Of a stretch of 64,000 nt of DNA, positions 24,871 to 38,300 are shown piece by piece. The position numbers and the translations under genes are program-made. Source of the stretch: Psammoneis japonica (lineage: Eukaryota); NCBI GenBank assembly GCA_008632985.1, contig QPGO01000060.1, forward strand, positions 1 to 64,000, written 5' to 3'. The notes beneath the pieces were generated by a model, which was not told where the DNA came from, made no database searches, and was given only the letters and a program-made list of their open reading frames with translations. Positions within the stretch are counted from its first letter, which is position 1. Every line of letters begins with the position of its first letter.

Positions 24871-25250
24871 TCTGCAGCCATGCCCCACCTCTTGTAAGAA
24901 ATTTTGAAAATTTCAAAATTTCTGTGACATTTCATTTTGTGTGTGCCACATGTTGCATGTTTCATGTTCCTTTTTTCAAATTCAAACAAGTGCAATCTGG
25001 TTTGATTGTGTTGGTTTTCTCATGCTGTCACTTGCATCGGTTTTCACTGTGCCAATTTCTTTGAATGTTTTTTCTCCTGCACAGCACATTTCCCCATTTG
25101 GGGCCCATGCAATCCTGACCGTCCACCCTCTTGAGGGTGCTGACCTTCAGTTTAAATCCTGTTTTTTCTTTTTTCTGGCTGGCCATGTGTTGCCTCTGAT
25201 GACATGGGTGCATGCGCTCCACTTCATGCAATGCGTCAGCAGCCACATGG

Positions 25251-25947
25251 TCTGTTCACACAGTGTTGGGGAACAAAATGGATGGAACCAGATCTGCAGA
25301 TTTGCTCCCTGTTTTCCAGCTGCTGTCCAGCAGCACCACACGAACACACATGCTCCACACATTGGACACATTCATGCATTGATTGTTGCACCCATTTTTC
25401 GGCTTGCGCGCTGTGTCATGTCATCGGGGTTGCAGCTGAGCCAAGGCAGTGGCAAGGAATCTGCGATTCTTGGAGCCAAGACGGCGGGCCCAGCACAAGG
25501 AGAGGACACCTTTTGGGCGGCTGAGCTCTTGGAGGAGTCACTGCACAACAGCAGCACCCTGCAGAAGGCAGACAGACAGATGGACAACGATGAGAGGCCG
25601 CGGGCGGGCCGCGTGCCCCAGTTTCCCTCATTGTTTTTGGCAGACTGCCAGCAACGATGGGATCAGTTGCATCCACCCGATGCGGTGTGGGCCGACAACG
25701 CTGAAAATTCCCACCCAACCCAGACCTCTGTTCACTCAGTGTTGGGGAACAAAATGGACCGAACTGGATCTGTGGATTTGTTCCCTGTTTTCTAGCTGCT
25801 GTCTCAGCAGCACCACACGAATGTATGTGCTCCATACATTAGATATATTCGTGTATTGATTGTTTTGTCCATTCGGCAGCTTGCACTGTGTCATGTCATC
25901 GGGGTTGTAGCCAAGCCGAGGCGTGGCAGGGAATCTGCGATTCCTGG
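25251..25947 (+). repeat. Split direct repeats B1-A2-B2
   Basis: tctgttcac...gtgttggggaacaaaatgga...ggaatctgcgattc occurs at 25251-25472 and 25727-25947, flanking the A2 copy. Confidence 0.9.
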
Positions 25948-26344
25948 TCATTTTTTCATTCCTTGAATGGTCATTATTTCGATCTTGTGTCCCCATGACT
26001 TTTCATTTGGTGCCTCCATCGAATGATTTATGTCAAATGTCGCGATTTATGACAAAGGTCATAAACTCTGTTTTTCATATAAGCCGAGATTTATCGGTAA
26101 TCGTGCAAATTTCGCAGTGGTCATTATTTTATTCCAATCTGCGCGGTACTTCGTAGGCTTGTAATACGACGTTGCCTGGACATTTCGTTGTATCGAAAGG
26201 GTCACAAGTCAAAAAGCGCGGAGCTGCCGCCACCAAAACTGCACAACGCACAACACAACCACCGTCAAGCCTTTCATTCTGTGTGCAAGGTTGGTAGGAA
26301 CTAAAAGGACGACCGTCAAAAGGACCAGAATCATCATTCCCAAC

Positions 26345-29300
26345 ATGATTCTTAGAGTATTTGCCGTCACGTGTCTACTATGTCCGTCGGTGACGGCTCT
26401 CCGTGGGGGGAGAAAGGCTGCAGAGCGTCATCCTATCGACAACCACAACGACATCGAAGAATTTAGCTTTGAAGATGATCTTGAGATGGATCGTCTTGTC
26501 GAGCTTGACATAATTCAGGAAATGATGGAGAGCACTTTGCTCGGAAAGGAGGACGAGGAGAAGAGTAGTCTTGCTTCCAACTCGTCGTCATTCCCGCTTC
26601 AAGATGTAGTAGTACAAGCTCCCGTACAAGAAGCGCACCGCTCACTGGTGGCGGAACCTTCGTTTGCCCCTCTCGACTGCAACACTGCAGTCAGTCTCGA
26701 GACTCAACAGTGCACGACACCATGGTCTACGTATGTGGGTGCGAATTCCACTTTTGAAGAGGAAGTAGTGATTGGATGTGGTGATTGTGTGATCTTTGAT
26801 TATACTGGATCTGACATGCTCCTTCTGGACTTCAAGAGAGGCTTGGATATTCAAGGAAAGCTAGTTATACCTAATGCAACGAGGCTGCAAATCGAGACAA
26901 TCCATGTAAGAGTACAAGGATATCTCGAAATGACATCAAGAAAGATCGTGGACGGAGTGGAAGATATTAGGTACGCTGTGGCATGTTCTTGTTCTGTTTA
27001 TGCTCAAGTCACGTTGAAAACCTTCTTTCTCCTTACGGTTTTGGTTCATTTCGTGCTATTATATATTTCAGAATTATTCTCAAGGGAAAGTCCATATATA
27101 GGACAAAGTTTACACCCGCTGATAGTAACTCTGCTCTTGGTAGGCAGAGCCCAGGGAAGAAGCCGTTCATTGTTGCCGGAGGAAAAATTACCGTCCACGG
27201 CCTTCCCGAGGACACACCCACATGGGTAAATATACCTCTTGACGACAGCGTCTTTCGAACGTATGGCACCGCCCATGTTTTTCACACTCTTTGGTTTCTT
27301 TCCGTTCGCTTTCTAGCTACCCGTGCATGATGTGGTCACTGCAGATGTCGGCCCGGCACTTGATGTATCTCAGTTTCCTTCCTTCGATCCACCAGAACCA
27401 CACTGCCCGTCCGACGGAATTCTACTCAATGAAACGTTCGCTTCGGCTGGCACGGTCGACTCTTCCAGCGTCTTTGCGTGCCTCGGATCCGAGATTGAGC
27501 ACACTACAGCATCTACTGCGGACGGTGTCACCAATGTCGTTGTTTCAAAGGAGAGAACAAACAAACGCCATGGGCTTCAGATTGACCTCAAGAGGATTAA
27601 ATCCTGCCTCAAGGCTGGCGACACCATGATTTTGACTGCCAGAGTTAGACTCTCCGTGGACGGTTCTAATTCTACCAATGCGTTGACTACATGCGCCATG
27701 AGTGGAGATGGCTGTCTGGCTGTCATTTCGGAAGTCATGAGGGCTGACACTTACGTTTCCCGAAAGGAAAAGTACAAGGAAAGGCAGTCCTTCCAATTCA
27801 AGTATGACGAGTGGTTGGTTGTGTCTTCTGAGTTTATGTTTGAAGAGAGTGAAGTCGAGAGCGATGTAATTTTTCAAACGTTGCGCTTTGAAGGTCCACT
27901 AGAAGGTGTCAATATTGAGATCGACAATGTTGTTCTTAGGTATCCACCAAGAGAGGCCTTTCCTGATGGATCCACGGTGTGCCAAGATTTGGTCGGTACC
28001 AACGGAGACGCGCTCCAAGTTGGAGACTCGCCTTATCCATTCTACAAGAACTATGGCCCGATCAATCTACAAGTCAAGCAGGAAGCCGGCAACCCGTACT
28101 TTGCGGTGTCTGGACGTAAATACGCGTACTACAGAAGTGACATTGACAACGATTACCAATGGACTAGTATGGCGGTCGAGTTTCCCGTTGGATGCGTACC
28201 AAAGGGATCAAGGTTTCGGTAAGAACAACATTTTCTTTCGTTCGGCGCGTCTAGGTTTTCCTCTTCTCACCAAGGATGCATCGATTGCTTGTACCATGTT
28301 TCACTTGAACAGGTTCAGTATGAGGGTGCGAGTGCATCCGAATCAAGAGTATAGTAATCCGGAGGGGATATGGGTGTATATCAAGGGTTTTCACAACTAT
28401 CCATCGAAGGACAGAACTTATACGAAGGTTACCCAGTGCCCTAAGAGTAGCGGTGATTTTGTCTTTTGTGAGGCGGATTTCGAAGTCAAGGAGTCCATGA
28501 CAAAAAACGCCCCCTACAAATATGAACTATACTTCCAGACCGTTAATGCCCCTACCGTGGAGTACGACGTTGACGATCTTCAATTCGCCCGAACCTCTGG
28601 TCCTCTCTTCCAGGTGGTTGTCAACAACGAAGTAAAGAGCAAGTGGGGAGTTGGTGCCGAGGTGCTGGTAACTTCAAATACACTCGATTACGATGAACAG
28701 CAAGTGCGCACCATCACGAGTATCACGGACCACACCGACAGTGCTTTTGCTGTAGTGGCTCTCAATGATGTGATTACTCTTCCGTCCACAGTCGCCAAGA
28801 ATCCTGCGTATGCGTCCGAAATGGCATTATTGTCCCGAAACATAGTGCTGGAAGGAGCAAAAGATGACAATACAACGATTGGAGCGCATTTTATCGTGCA
28901 GGAGACTCCAAACGTGCCGCAAACTCTAGAAGGTGTTGAATTTCGGAACTTTGGCCAACAGAAAGAGCTCGCGCGCTATCCCATCAACATGCATATGTGC
29001 GGCGACGTTCCTGGGACTCGCATTACAAAGAATCTTATTCGCGAGTCTCATCAACGTTGCGTTGTCATTCAAGGTACCAATTTCGTCGAAGTTAGTGACA
29101 ACATTGCCTTTGATACTAGAGGTCACTGCTTCATGACGGAGGATGGCAGTGAGCATGACAATATGTTTATCGGAAATTTGGGCGCGCTGACTAGAAACAC
29201 TCCATCGAGTGGCCTCATCGTCCGAGAAACAGGAGATGGATCCGAAACTGACAACAACGCAGCAACGTTCTTTATCAATAGCGTTGCAAACACGTACATT

Positions 29301-32300
29301 GACAACGTTGCTGCAGGATCAGAGTCAGAAGTAAGTCACCTTGTGTTCAATCCTCATGTTGTCAAATGAATCGCCTCTCATTCTGATCAATGATTGCATT
29401 GTCTTCGTTCTTCAGGGGTTCTGGATTTACCTCTCCTCTAACGTACGAGGTCTTTCTAAAGCAGTTAGTCCGGGCTTGAACCCAAGAACGACACCGCTAC
29501 AGAAGTTTCGAAACAACGTTGCTCACAGCAACGGAGACGTAAGTTTTGTAATGTTGCCTCGGCGAATCCCAATCCTTGCGTCATCTAACGCTGCATTATT
29601 TTCCGATCGAAATTAGCATGGGCTGCGTATTCAAAGCTTTCAACCGACTGAACGGGCTATTTTTGAAGACACAAGGTCCTATAGAAATCGCGACGACGGT
29701 TGCTACATGAGTGGCTCTCGAAGACTTAGCCTCACCGGTGGCATCTTCGCCGACAACAAGGATTCACTTGATGTTTCGAGCTGTGAGGAAACCGTCGTGA
29801 GCGATTGCTCTATTATTAGCTTGTCACAAGAATTCCGCGACCTGATTGATCGAATGCCTGATAGTCGCAAGCACTGTGGATCGGGCTACTCGCTGGTGGG
29901 AATCCAAGCAAACACGTATCGTGCATCGAACAAGTATGCTTATGGAGTATCCATTCAAAACGTCAACATGAGTGACTTCACGAATGTCCCTGGTTGCGCG
30001 TCCGAAACCAGTCCGATACGTTTCGGTCCGAATATTCGTACCACCCACTTTGATTATTTCTCTTCCGTAACCAGTGTCGTTGGCAGTCCTGGTCAAAACG
30101 TCGTCGATCTTTGTACCGCCGCTAGCAACGAGGTCAAGGATGTCGTCATATCCGACTTGAACAGCAGCCTCCGTCCTCAAGGCACAGCATACACCGGAAC
30201 TTCCAGCATCGTAAGCAGTCAGAACTTCATGACCGGGTTAGTCGTCGATAGCTGCACCGATGTTCCAAGTCAATGCTACACTTATTGCAATGCTTGTTAT
30301 CGCACGATCACCGCCACCGTGAGCTCAGCAGACACGGAAAGCTACAGGCTCAAAGTGTGCGATGTCGCTAATTCGACCAAATGCATTTTCGCTCCTGGGT
30401 TGTACGACTACGAGTATATAGGAGAAGACTTGGACGCTGAGAAAAACCGTCAGTCCGACAAATTCCGCTATTTTTCGGCAGCTGTTCCTGCGGGAAACCA
30501 TGGTGCTGTGTTTGTGGATGAGACGGGCGCCGACGCGTGGCCGTCATTTGTCCTGACGCGCTATGAAGCAGCACAGTGCTCGCCAACTTGGAGCGAGGAC
30601 GACCTCGTTATTCACACACCGGCACTGAACCCTGGGCAGTGTGACAATCTTATCCGGAATGGAGATGCGGAAGACAATTCAACCGAACCGAGCGAATGGC
30701 TGCATCGATCCGGAGGAGTTCAAATAGCAGTGGGAGTCGGAGTCAACGCTTCAAATGCACTTACGAGCATTGATCACGACAACAGCAAATCTGACGCGTT
30801 TGCTCAGTATTTTGATAGCCGATGCCTCGAACTTGAGCAGCACTACGAAATCAATGCCTGGATAAAATTGGTTAGTCTGGACACCGGTGAGCCATATTTC
30901 TGCAATACCAATAATGTGTCCTGCCCCTTTGCTGGCCTGTTGCTTCAGACAGGAAGCGGCACTGTGACCAAGGAACCCATTGCTGAGACCACTTGGCACT
31001 ACGCCCCCGGACAGTACCAACTCATTCACGGCCTATTCCGTATTACCCAAGGTATGTTGAATATCTCCACGGTTGATTCACGCTGAGGTCAGAGCTAAAC
31101 CAACTTACCTGAATTACCTTTGTCTCTTTTTATTCAGAAATGATTGACGCTGATTCCGTGCTGTTTTTCATCGAGAAGAATATGAAAGGCTATCAAATGT
31201 TCCTTGATAATGTCGTCGTGTCTCCCCACAAGCCAGATGCCACCTGTGATCTTGTTTACAATGGGGACTTTAGCTCTGGTGTCGCAAGATTTTGGAATGA
31301 CCTTTATGGTGGTGATATTTTTTTGGTCTCCGGAGCCAACAGCGATGAAAACTATGCATTGTCGACCCACGACGGCTCTCCAATGCAGTATTTGAGATCA
31401 GGTTGTGTGAAAGAGGGAGAAATTTACGAGGTGCGTTTTCGTTCATGGTTGCTATCGACATTCTATCTTTCCTCGAAATCACAATGCTGACGCTGTGATG
31501 ATTGCGTTTCTTCTTTATTCAACTACAGACGAAGCTTAGGTATAAGCTCAAGAGTAGCACCGGTGATGATTTCGAGTGCGACGTAAAATGGTATGTTCGT
31601 TTCTGTGAACAGCGACCGCCGTATTCTCATGTACGTTGCGACTAACATTTGGCACCTCCTGCTCTTTTCCTTTGTCGCAGCCCAGTGGCTTCCTTGCGAT
31701 ATGTCAAATCAGATGGAAAATATGGTTACAAGACAATCGCAAGATCTGCGGGGTTTGCAGAAGCCGATGGGTGGAGTAATTTGTACGGCATGTTCGAGGT
31801 GACAGCCGACCAGGAAGATCCACAAAATCAGCTTCGATTTTACATGGGGAATTTGCTCGATAACACCGATCTCATCATTGACGACGTATCAATTACCGAG
31901 AAACAACGGCAGTGCGACGATTACATCACGGTCAACAACGACTTGGAACTTGGTTACAAAGGCTATTGGAGGCAGTCCGGAACAGGCGAATTTAGCAAGT
32001 ACGCGGCAGCGGATGGAGCAGGATTCCGATTTTCTCAACGGGCTGCATCTAATCACGGACCAGAGTATGAAGCTCGATTCTTTATGGACCTTCGGTGCAT
32101 AGAAGCAGGAAGTGTCTGGGAAGTGAATGCTGACTTCAAGCTGTTCCTGAACGGGACCGATACGGGCGCCGATTGCAGCATCACCACGACAAAGTCCGAC
32201 ACTGCCTGTCCAAGTGTCCGCATGTGGGTTTACAACAAAAGCGATACAAAAAAGTCTGTTTTCAGCAAGAGGATGTCAAGAGCCTACGCCAAACCATGGA

Positions 32301-35300
32301 ATCCAGATGGATTCAATCGCTTCAGGAGCTTCATAACCATCTCTGATGCTGTCGCAGATACAGGAAGGGTCGTTTTGATTGTGAGAGATTTCAACCCCAT
32401 GTTTGACGTTGCGGTTAAGCATTTCTCCATCAAGAAAGCAGCAGTCACTACGATGCCATCCTCTTCGCCCTCCAGTAGTCCATCCAGAGCTCCATCTGCG
32501 GCTCCTTCTGCAACCCCATCGCTTACCCTACAATTACACCCTCAGCGACGCCATCGCGTATGCCCACCACCCCAAGCCCCACGGGCTATGACAATCGCTG
32601 CCCTCCCATCGGTACCTCCCTCACGCTCGATTTCTTTGATCGGCCTTTTTTTGTTTCGGATGATCTCTGTATTCTCTCAAAGGTCCGCAAAGACCCTATT
32701 TTTCTGGATGAAGTGTTGGAGGTGATTCCTCTGGCTCGATCGTACAATGGAAATGACTGGGAAATCACGGCGGGCGACATTGCGCGGGAAACGTTTTCGT
32801 CCTCCGGGTTCAATTGCGTTGGCGGATTGTGCAGCACAACACTTCCGGAGCTCACCCCTCCCGAATATTATGAGCTGTCGTCTTATGCTCACTCACTTTC
32901 CTCCAACAATGACGTCCATGCGCGTTTGTTGGAAAGTGGAACTTTTGGAGTCCATCCTAGCGATCTTGACGGGAGTTATGCAAGCGAAGCGGCCTGGGTG
33001 GAGGAACAAATGAGCCTTCCGGCTACGAGCCATCGAGAGTATTGGAGAAAGAGGGCGAGTCCTAGGGTAAGTGCTGTTGGCAGCCATAAGCGCTGTTCGT
33101 CTACTTCCTGTTGTTGTTTGTGTACTTCGCAATGATGAGTGAGGTAGTTCGTTTTTCTGTTGATTGGATAGTGGGTGCTCCGTGTCACAGATCTGCGCGG
33201 GTTCTCACAGTTCGCTCGCATCGCATCGCGCTCCGGCGAGTGTTTTCATCTTTCATTCTGATTCTGGCGCGGTGATCGCGGCGCATGCAGAATGCACCAT
33301 GTTCACCGCAACAAAACTGCTTCTCTGCTGGTTCGCACGATGCTAATCTCTTCTTCTCTTCCTACCCTTTCTTTGTGATGTAGTGGCAATTCAGTCAGAA
33401 CGTCGGTCGATCGAACCATCCCTGTGATGTCAAGTCACGATGGCGGCGTTTCAGTGTTACCACGAAAGACCGACAGAAAGAGTCAGACCATCCAGCTGGG
33501 TACTTGTATTTTGTCAACATGACTGTTGGTAGCGACGGTTCTCCACAAGGACCATACATTCTCAAGATTGATAACCACCCTCGCACAGTTATCCCCTCTC
33601 TCACCTGGAAGGACGCTGACGTCAACGCTGATTTTCCTTATTTCGATCCAAACCACGGATACAAACTCTGCTCTACATACGATTACACGAGAGCACGACT
33701 GTCGATTGAAACAAAGAATGGCGACTGTAAAGAGATATCAAGAGACATTGGGAATCCGCCTGTTGACTTTGGAGGATTCGAATCTCACGCTCAGTTCGTG
33801 TTTCAGCTCGATCGCTCCTCTGTATTGACCGTCGTAGATGAATGGAAGGATCGGGGAACGACCAAGGGGGATGATCTGTATTTGCTGAATGGCGGTATAA
33901 CGGACCCGCTTTGCGACCAACTTTCTGAGCAATCCGAAGATTACGACGTACCTATATTCCTAAAGCACGAGGATTTGGGTTGGCTGCAGTGGGATCCATA
34001 CCTAAAGCTGGAAAAGAATACACCAGGCGACCCTATTAGAGACGGAGGCTTTGCCACTGAAATCGCAACGGCAGGCGAAACGTTGTGTTCCAATGTCCCT
34101 CGAAATAGGTTCAATGCCGACGCATGTGTGCTTTCTTCTGCAGACGCCGCGTGTGGCCCTGTCGCCTCGCCCGACATTACGATTGAGCTTAACAGCACCA
34201 ACATTCTTACGTTGAGTGCCTTGACAGGAAGATATGTCTACGCAATTACGGGACTGAAAGTGAGGAATGTTCTGGAAGAGGTGGATCATCCTTGCACCTT
34301 TGGCCATCGAAGTCGGTGGGAGAGAATCACGGAAACTGCTCTAATCCAACGCCCTTACAATCACAAACCGCACAGACTCTCACCACACTGCTTTCGGATT
34401 CAAGCGATGATAATCCCACATTCGTGACATTACATTCTCTGCGGGCCTTTCTTGCGACAGTGCCGATACGGAAGTGGAGATTGAGTTACAGGTTGGGGAC
34501 GAATGTTTCAAGCATGTCCATCCCGAGCATCTGTCTGTGTTCGATTTTACGTACTGGACGCTGCCGAATACGCATCCTGGCAACAAGATTGCTGCAATGA
34601 ATAATCGCCCCAACCCAATCAAGAAATGGTTCGATAATGGAAGCCATATTCTTGAATATCCGTCGACGCACCCTACAAATTCAAACCGAGATCATCCTAC
34701 TTCGAGGTGGGACAATAACCATCTCATGTTTGAGTATATGGCCGGTTCGGTGACCTGAAAGAGTACCGCGACTTGCCAAACGAGCTTCGACTTGATCAAG
34801 TGGTATCGCACTTTGGTGTACCAGTCACTTCAGAAGGGAGCGCCGTCGTGTTGTGTGGCAGTGTAGGGGAGATTGCGAATGACGCAGAGATTGGTGATTT
34901 CTTCGACCTTACTTCTGTAATGGACCGGGATACGACAGGAAAACCCGTACTGGCTCGCCAGCGGGAGGTTGTTTGGACAATGGTAGCTCTTTATGGAATA
35001 GATCAACTACGCCAACGGATGGCGTGGGCGCTCAGTCAGGTTCTTGCCATTGCTAAGACCTCTATCGGAGCAAACGACAGGGTTACCGAGCCGTTCCTGC
35101 AGTACTACGATATACTAGTTCGCAACGCATTTGGATCGTATCTTGATATTCTGAAAGAGGTTAGCTTCAGTCCAATGATGGCCGAAAATCTTTCGTACCT
35201 GGAATCTAAGTCAAGTGCGTACGTCTGGGAGAAGGACAAGCGCGTTGAATTCGCAGACGAGAACTTTGCGCGAGAGATCATGCAGCTCTTTACAACTGGA

Positions 35301-38300
35301 TTGTTGCTTCTCAATGCGGACGGAAGCCCAAAGCTTGACGCGTACGGCAAGACTCAACAGGTTTACACTAACGAAGACATTCGATCTTTCTCCCGAGTTT
35401 GGACTGGTTTCCGCCGACAAGGAATGCGAGGCAACATTGAAGCTAGTGACAACAGAAACAGGATTGACCCGTTACGAATTGAGCCTGAATGGCATGACCG
35501 TTTCCCAAAATCAAACCTCTACGGTGGTTTTATCGGCGATGGATATCCTTTGTGCGTTGACTTGCCGGAAAAGCAGTTCCTGAGGAAGGGGGCCAAATAC
35601 AGATTGCTCGGCAGTTCTCCATTGCCGGAGCTCCAAACCGACGACTCGCGTTACACAAGGAGGTTCGTCCTCGAAAGCTCATCCGACCTTTACTCACGGC
35701 TATGCGGAATGGAAGGTGGAGAATGCCAGTACCCTACGGAGGTGACTCTGGACACCAATCTCGATTGCGACAATGACGAATGCAAAGTGGATACGGTCCG
35801 TGTCGTGCAGGTCTACCCAGGTGTATTTTATGAATACATTCGCCCTGCTTGTGTCGAACTTAGCTTCATCAACAATGCGATGAAGCTCAACAGAAAGCGC
35901 TCCATTCATGACGCAGTTTGCGGAAACCCCTTGTTGCCCGTCGCAACTTCTGCTTGCTGCGAGGAGCCCGATTCGTACACCGATGCCATTTCAGATAACT
36001 TGTACGAGATGGAGAGAATGACATTTGCAACGCAAGATGCGCGATGTCAAAATCTGGGTAGGGAATCATGTGAATATTCCAGGGTGGACAAAAACGAGCC
36101 GTCATATGTTGCGCATGATGTCTGGCACTGGGCGCACACAAGTTGTAAGATTCAGTTGAAAGTCAACGCGGAAGGAGAGGTCGCAATTATTCACGACGTG
36201 GCTGTTGAAGGAAATAAAGTGGGACACGTCGATGAAAGTACAACAAATTTCTTTCAGGTTGGGTGGGAAAATGGACTTTATCCCACGGTAGCGGACGGAA
36301 ATTGCGGCGTATGCTCCGTCTACGGAATCAATTGTTTGTGTAACACGACTGTTCAAGATACGGCAGTGTTTGGTACCGACCCGTCAAGTGCCGAATCAGT
36401 TCTTTCGTCTCTACATGTTGGCGCGCCGGATCCTGCTTCGTTTAACGCAAGCACGTACTCCACAAGCATCGGCTCTGAATTCAAAAAGCACACACGAGTT
36501 GGTGGCGATCCTATGGAAACCATTTTCGAGGTTACAGATGGTGTTGGCAGGAAGCGCTTTTTGAAGAATGCAAAGTCGATTGTAGCAGTAGATGGCGGAT
36601 CATTTTCCTTCCGTAACCCCGTCCAATTCATGAGTCTTATCCCCTCGGAGACAAACGCTCGGGATGTGGTCTACGAGACTGAGGCGTTGCTTGAGCATCT
36701 TTTTTATCATTCCAACACGGGTACGTTGTTCTTGTATCCGTTGGATCTCCCTTGTACAGCTAATTAAGCATCATCTCACCCACCCATCCTTTTTTCGTCG
36801 CTTGACAGGTCCCTTCTTGTGCATTCGTTTCATCCAACGATTTGGAATATCCAACCCAAGTCCGAGGTACATTTCTGAGTGTTCCAACGCCTTCCGGAAG
36901 GGCGAGTATGAATCCGACGGCATTCTGTTTGGAAGTGGAAAATATGGCGATCTGAAAGCCACTGTGGCGGCTATTCTGCTTGACAGAGAAGCGCGGTCGG
37001 AAGTTCTTGACGTGGATCCTTCTCAAGGATCCATTCGAGAACCTCTTATTCGAGTTATCAGCTTGATGCGGAACTTAGACTTCCAGCCCGTCGAAAGTGC
37101 TCCGATGGTTATATTCAACGACATGGACCAAAAAATCGGCCAAATGGCCCACGAACAAGAAACAGTTTTTTCGTTTTTTCTAAGCGAATTTCAGCCCAAT
37201 GGTCGGGTGTCGTCAGCTTCTCTTGTCGCTCCCGAAGCACAGCTCTTGGATGTAAGTGCCACACTGTTCGAAAAAAGCCTTTCGTGATGAAAGCCACTCA
37301 CATCTCTTGTTGATGTCAATTCCACACCACCAAAGATGCCCCACACCATTGACCTGTTGAACGGGGTGCTTTCTATGGTGAAATTTGGACTGACAAGCTG
37401 CGGCAGCAATGGTTACGGCTTTGGTTTTGACTTACCCGGCTCGTCTGGTAGCTGCAAGGACGATGGCTCTTTCCATAGGGCAACAGGAGTGCTGCAATAT
37501 CAAGCCGGGGCCACGACAACAGCCGAAATTGTCGATGAGCTCTGTACACTGCTTACGGCTGGTCGCCTTGATTACAAGAGTCGCCAGGCAGTTATCGCTG
37601 CATACGATGACGCTCTTGTGGAGGTTGACGCTGCCGCTGCACTGCGAACTGCAGAGGCGATGATTCTTCTCAGTCCTGAATTCCACACGACCAACACGGT
37701 AAAGTTCAGTGGGAAGCCAGTCGAAGAACCGAAACTTGCAATAAAAGCTAGAGGGGTAGGTTACAAGGCTGTGGTTATGCTCATGTTCGCAGGTGGGTGT
37801 GACTCCTTCAATATGATCATACCGAGGGATTGTTCTGCCACTCCGGGTGGCACGGATGCCTACTCAAGCTATAGAGCAGCGCGAGATCCTGTTCATCTGT
37901 CGAAGAACCAGACGCTTCCTATTCAGGTTACAAATCAGGTGGGGTGCAGCACGTTTGGCGTGCATCCATCTCTTCCAGTATTGCAGCAGCTCTACAACGA
38001 AAACAGATTGGTGTTCTTTTCCAACACTGGCGTGTTGGGGCGAGAATCGAGCAAGGAAAATTACCGTGAGGACACTCCTATACAGCTCTTTGCTCACAAT
38101 ACCATGCAGCTGAATGGTAAGACATTAGACGTATTCGAAGAGGAGGTTGGCACCGGTGTGTTAGGTCGTCTGGCAACGGCGTTGACGCTAGGCGCGGATA
38201 AGCTCGCAGTAAGTTCCATAGCCATCGATACCACCTCGATTGCTTTGGTTGGTAAACCGGGGGTATCAGAAGCACCGATTAGCGTTGGAAGCGGCGGTTC

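Larger units (their letters stand above)
17132..25947 (+). mobile_element. Tyrosine-recombinase retrotransposon (DIRS order, Ngaro/PAT-like split direct repeats), decayed
   Basis: Repeat layout A1(17132-17351)...ORFs...B1(25251-25472)-A2(25473-25708)-B2(25727-25947). Internal gag-like, RT/RNase H and tyrosine recombinase remnants lie in that order on the + strand. Confidence 0.82.

Noticed and set aside
33067..33384. Unusually long CG-rich intron as a structured RNA or MITE
   Set aside because: About 320 bp versus ~90 bp for the other introns, but I found no clear terminal inverted repeats or snoRNA boxes.
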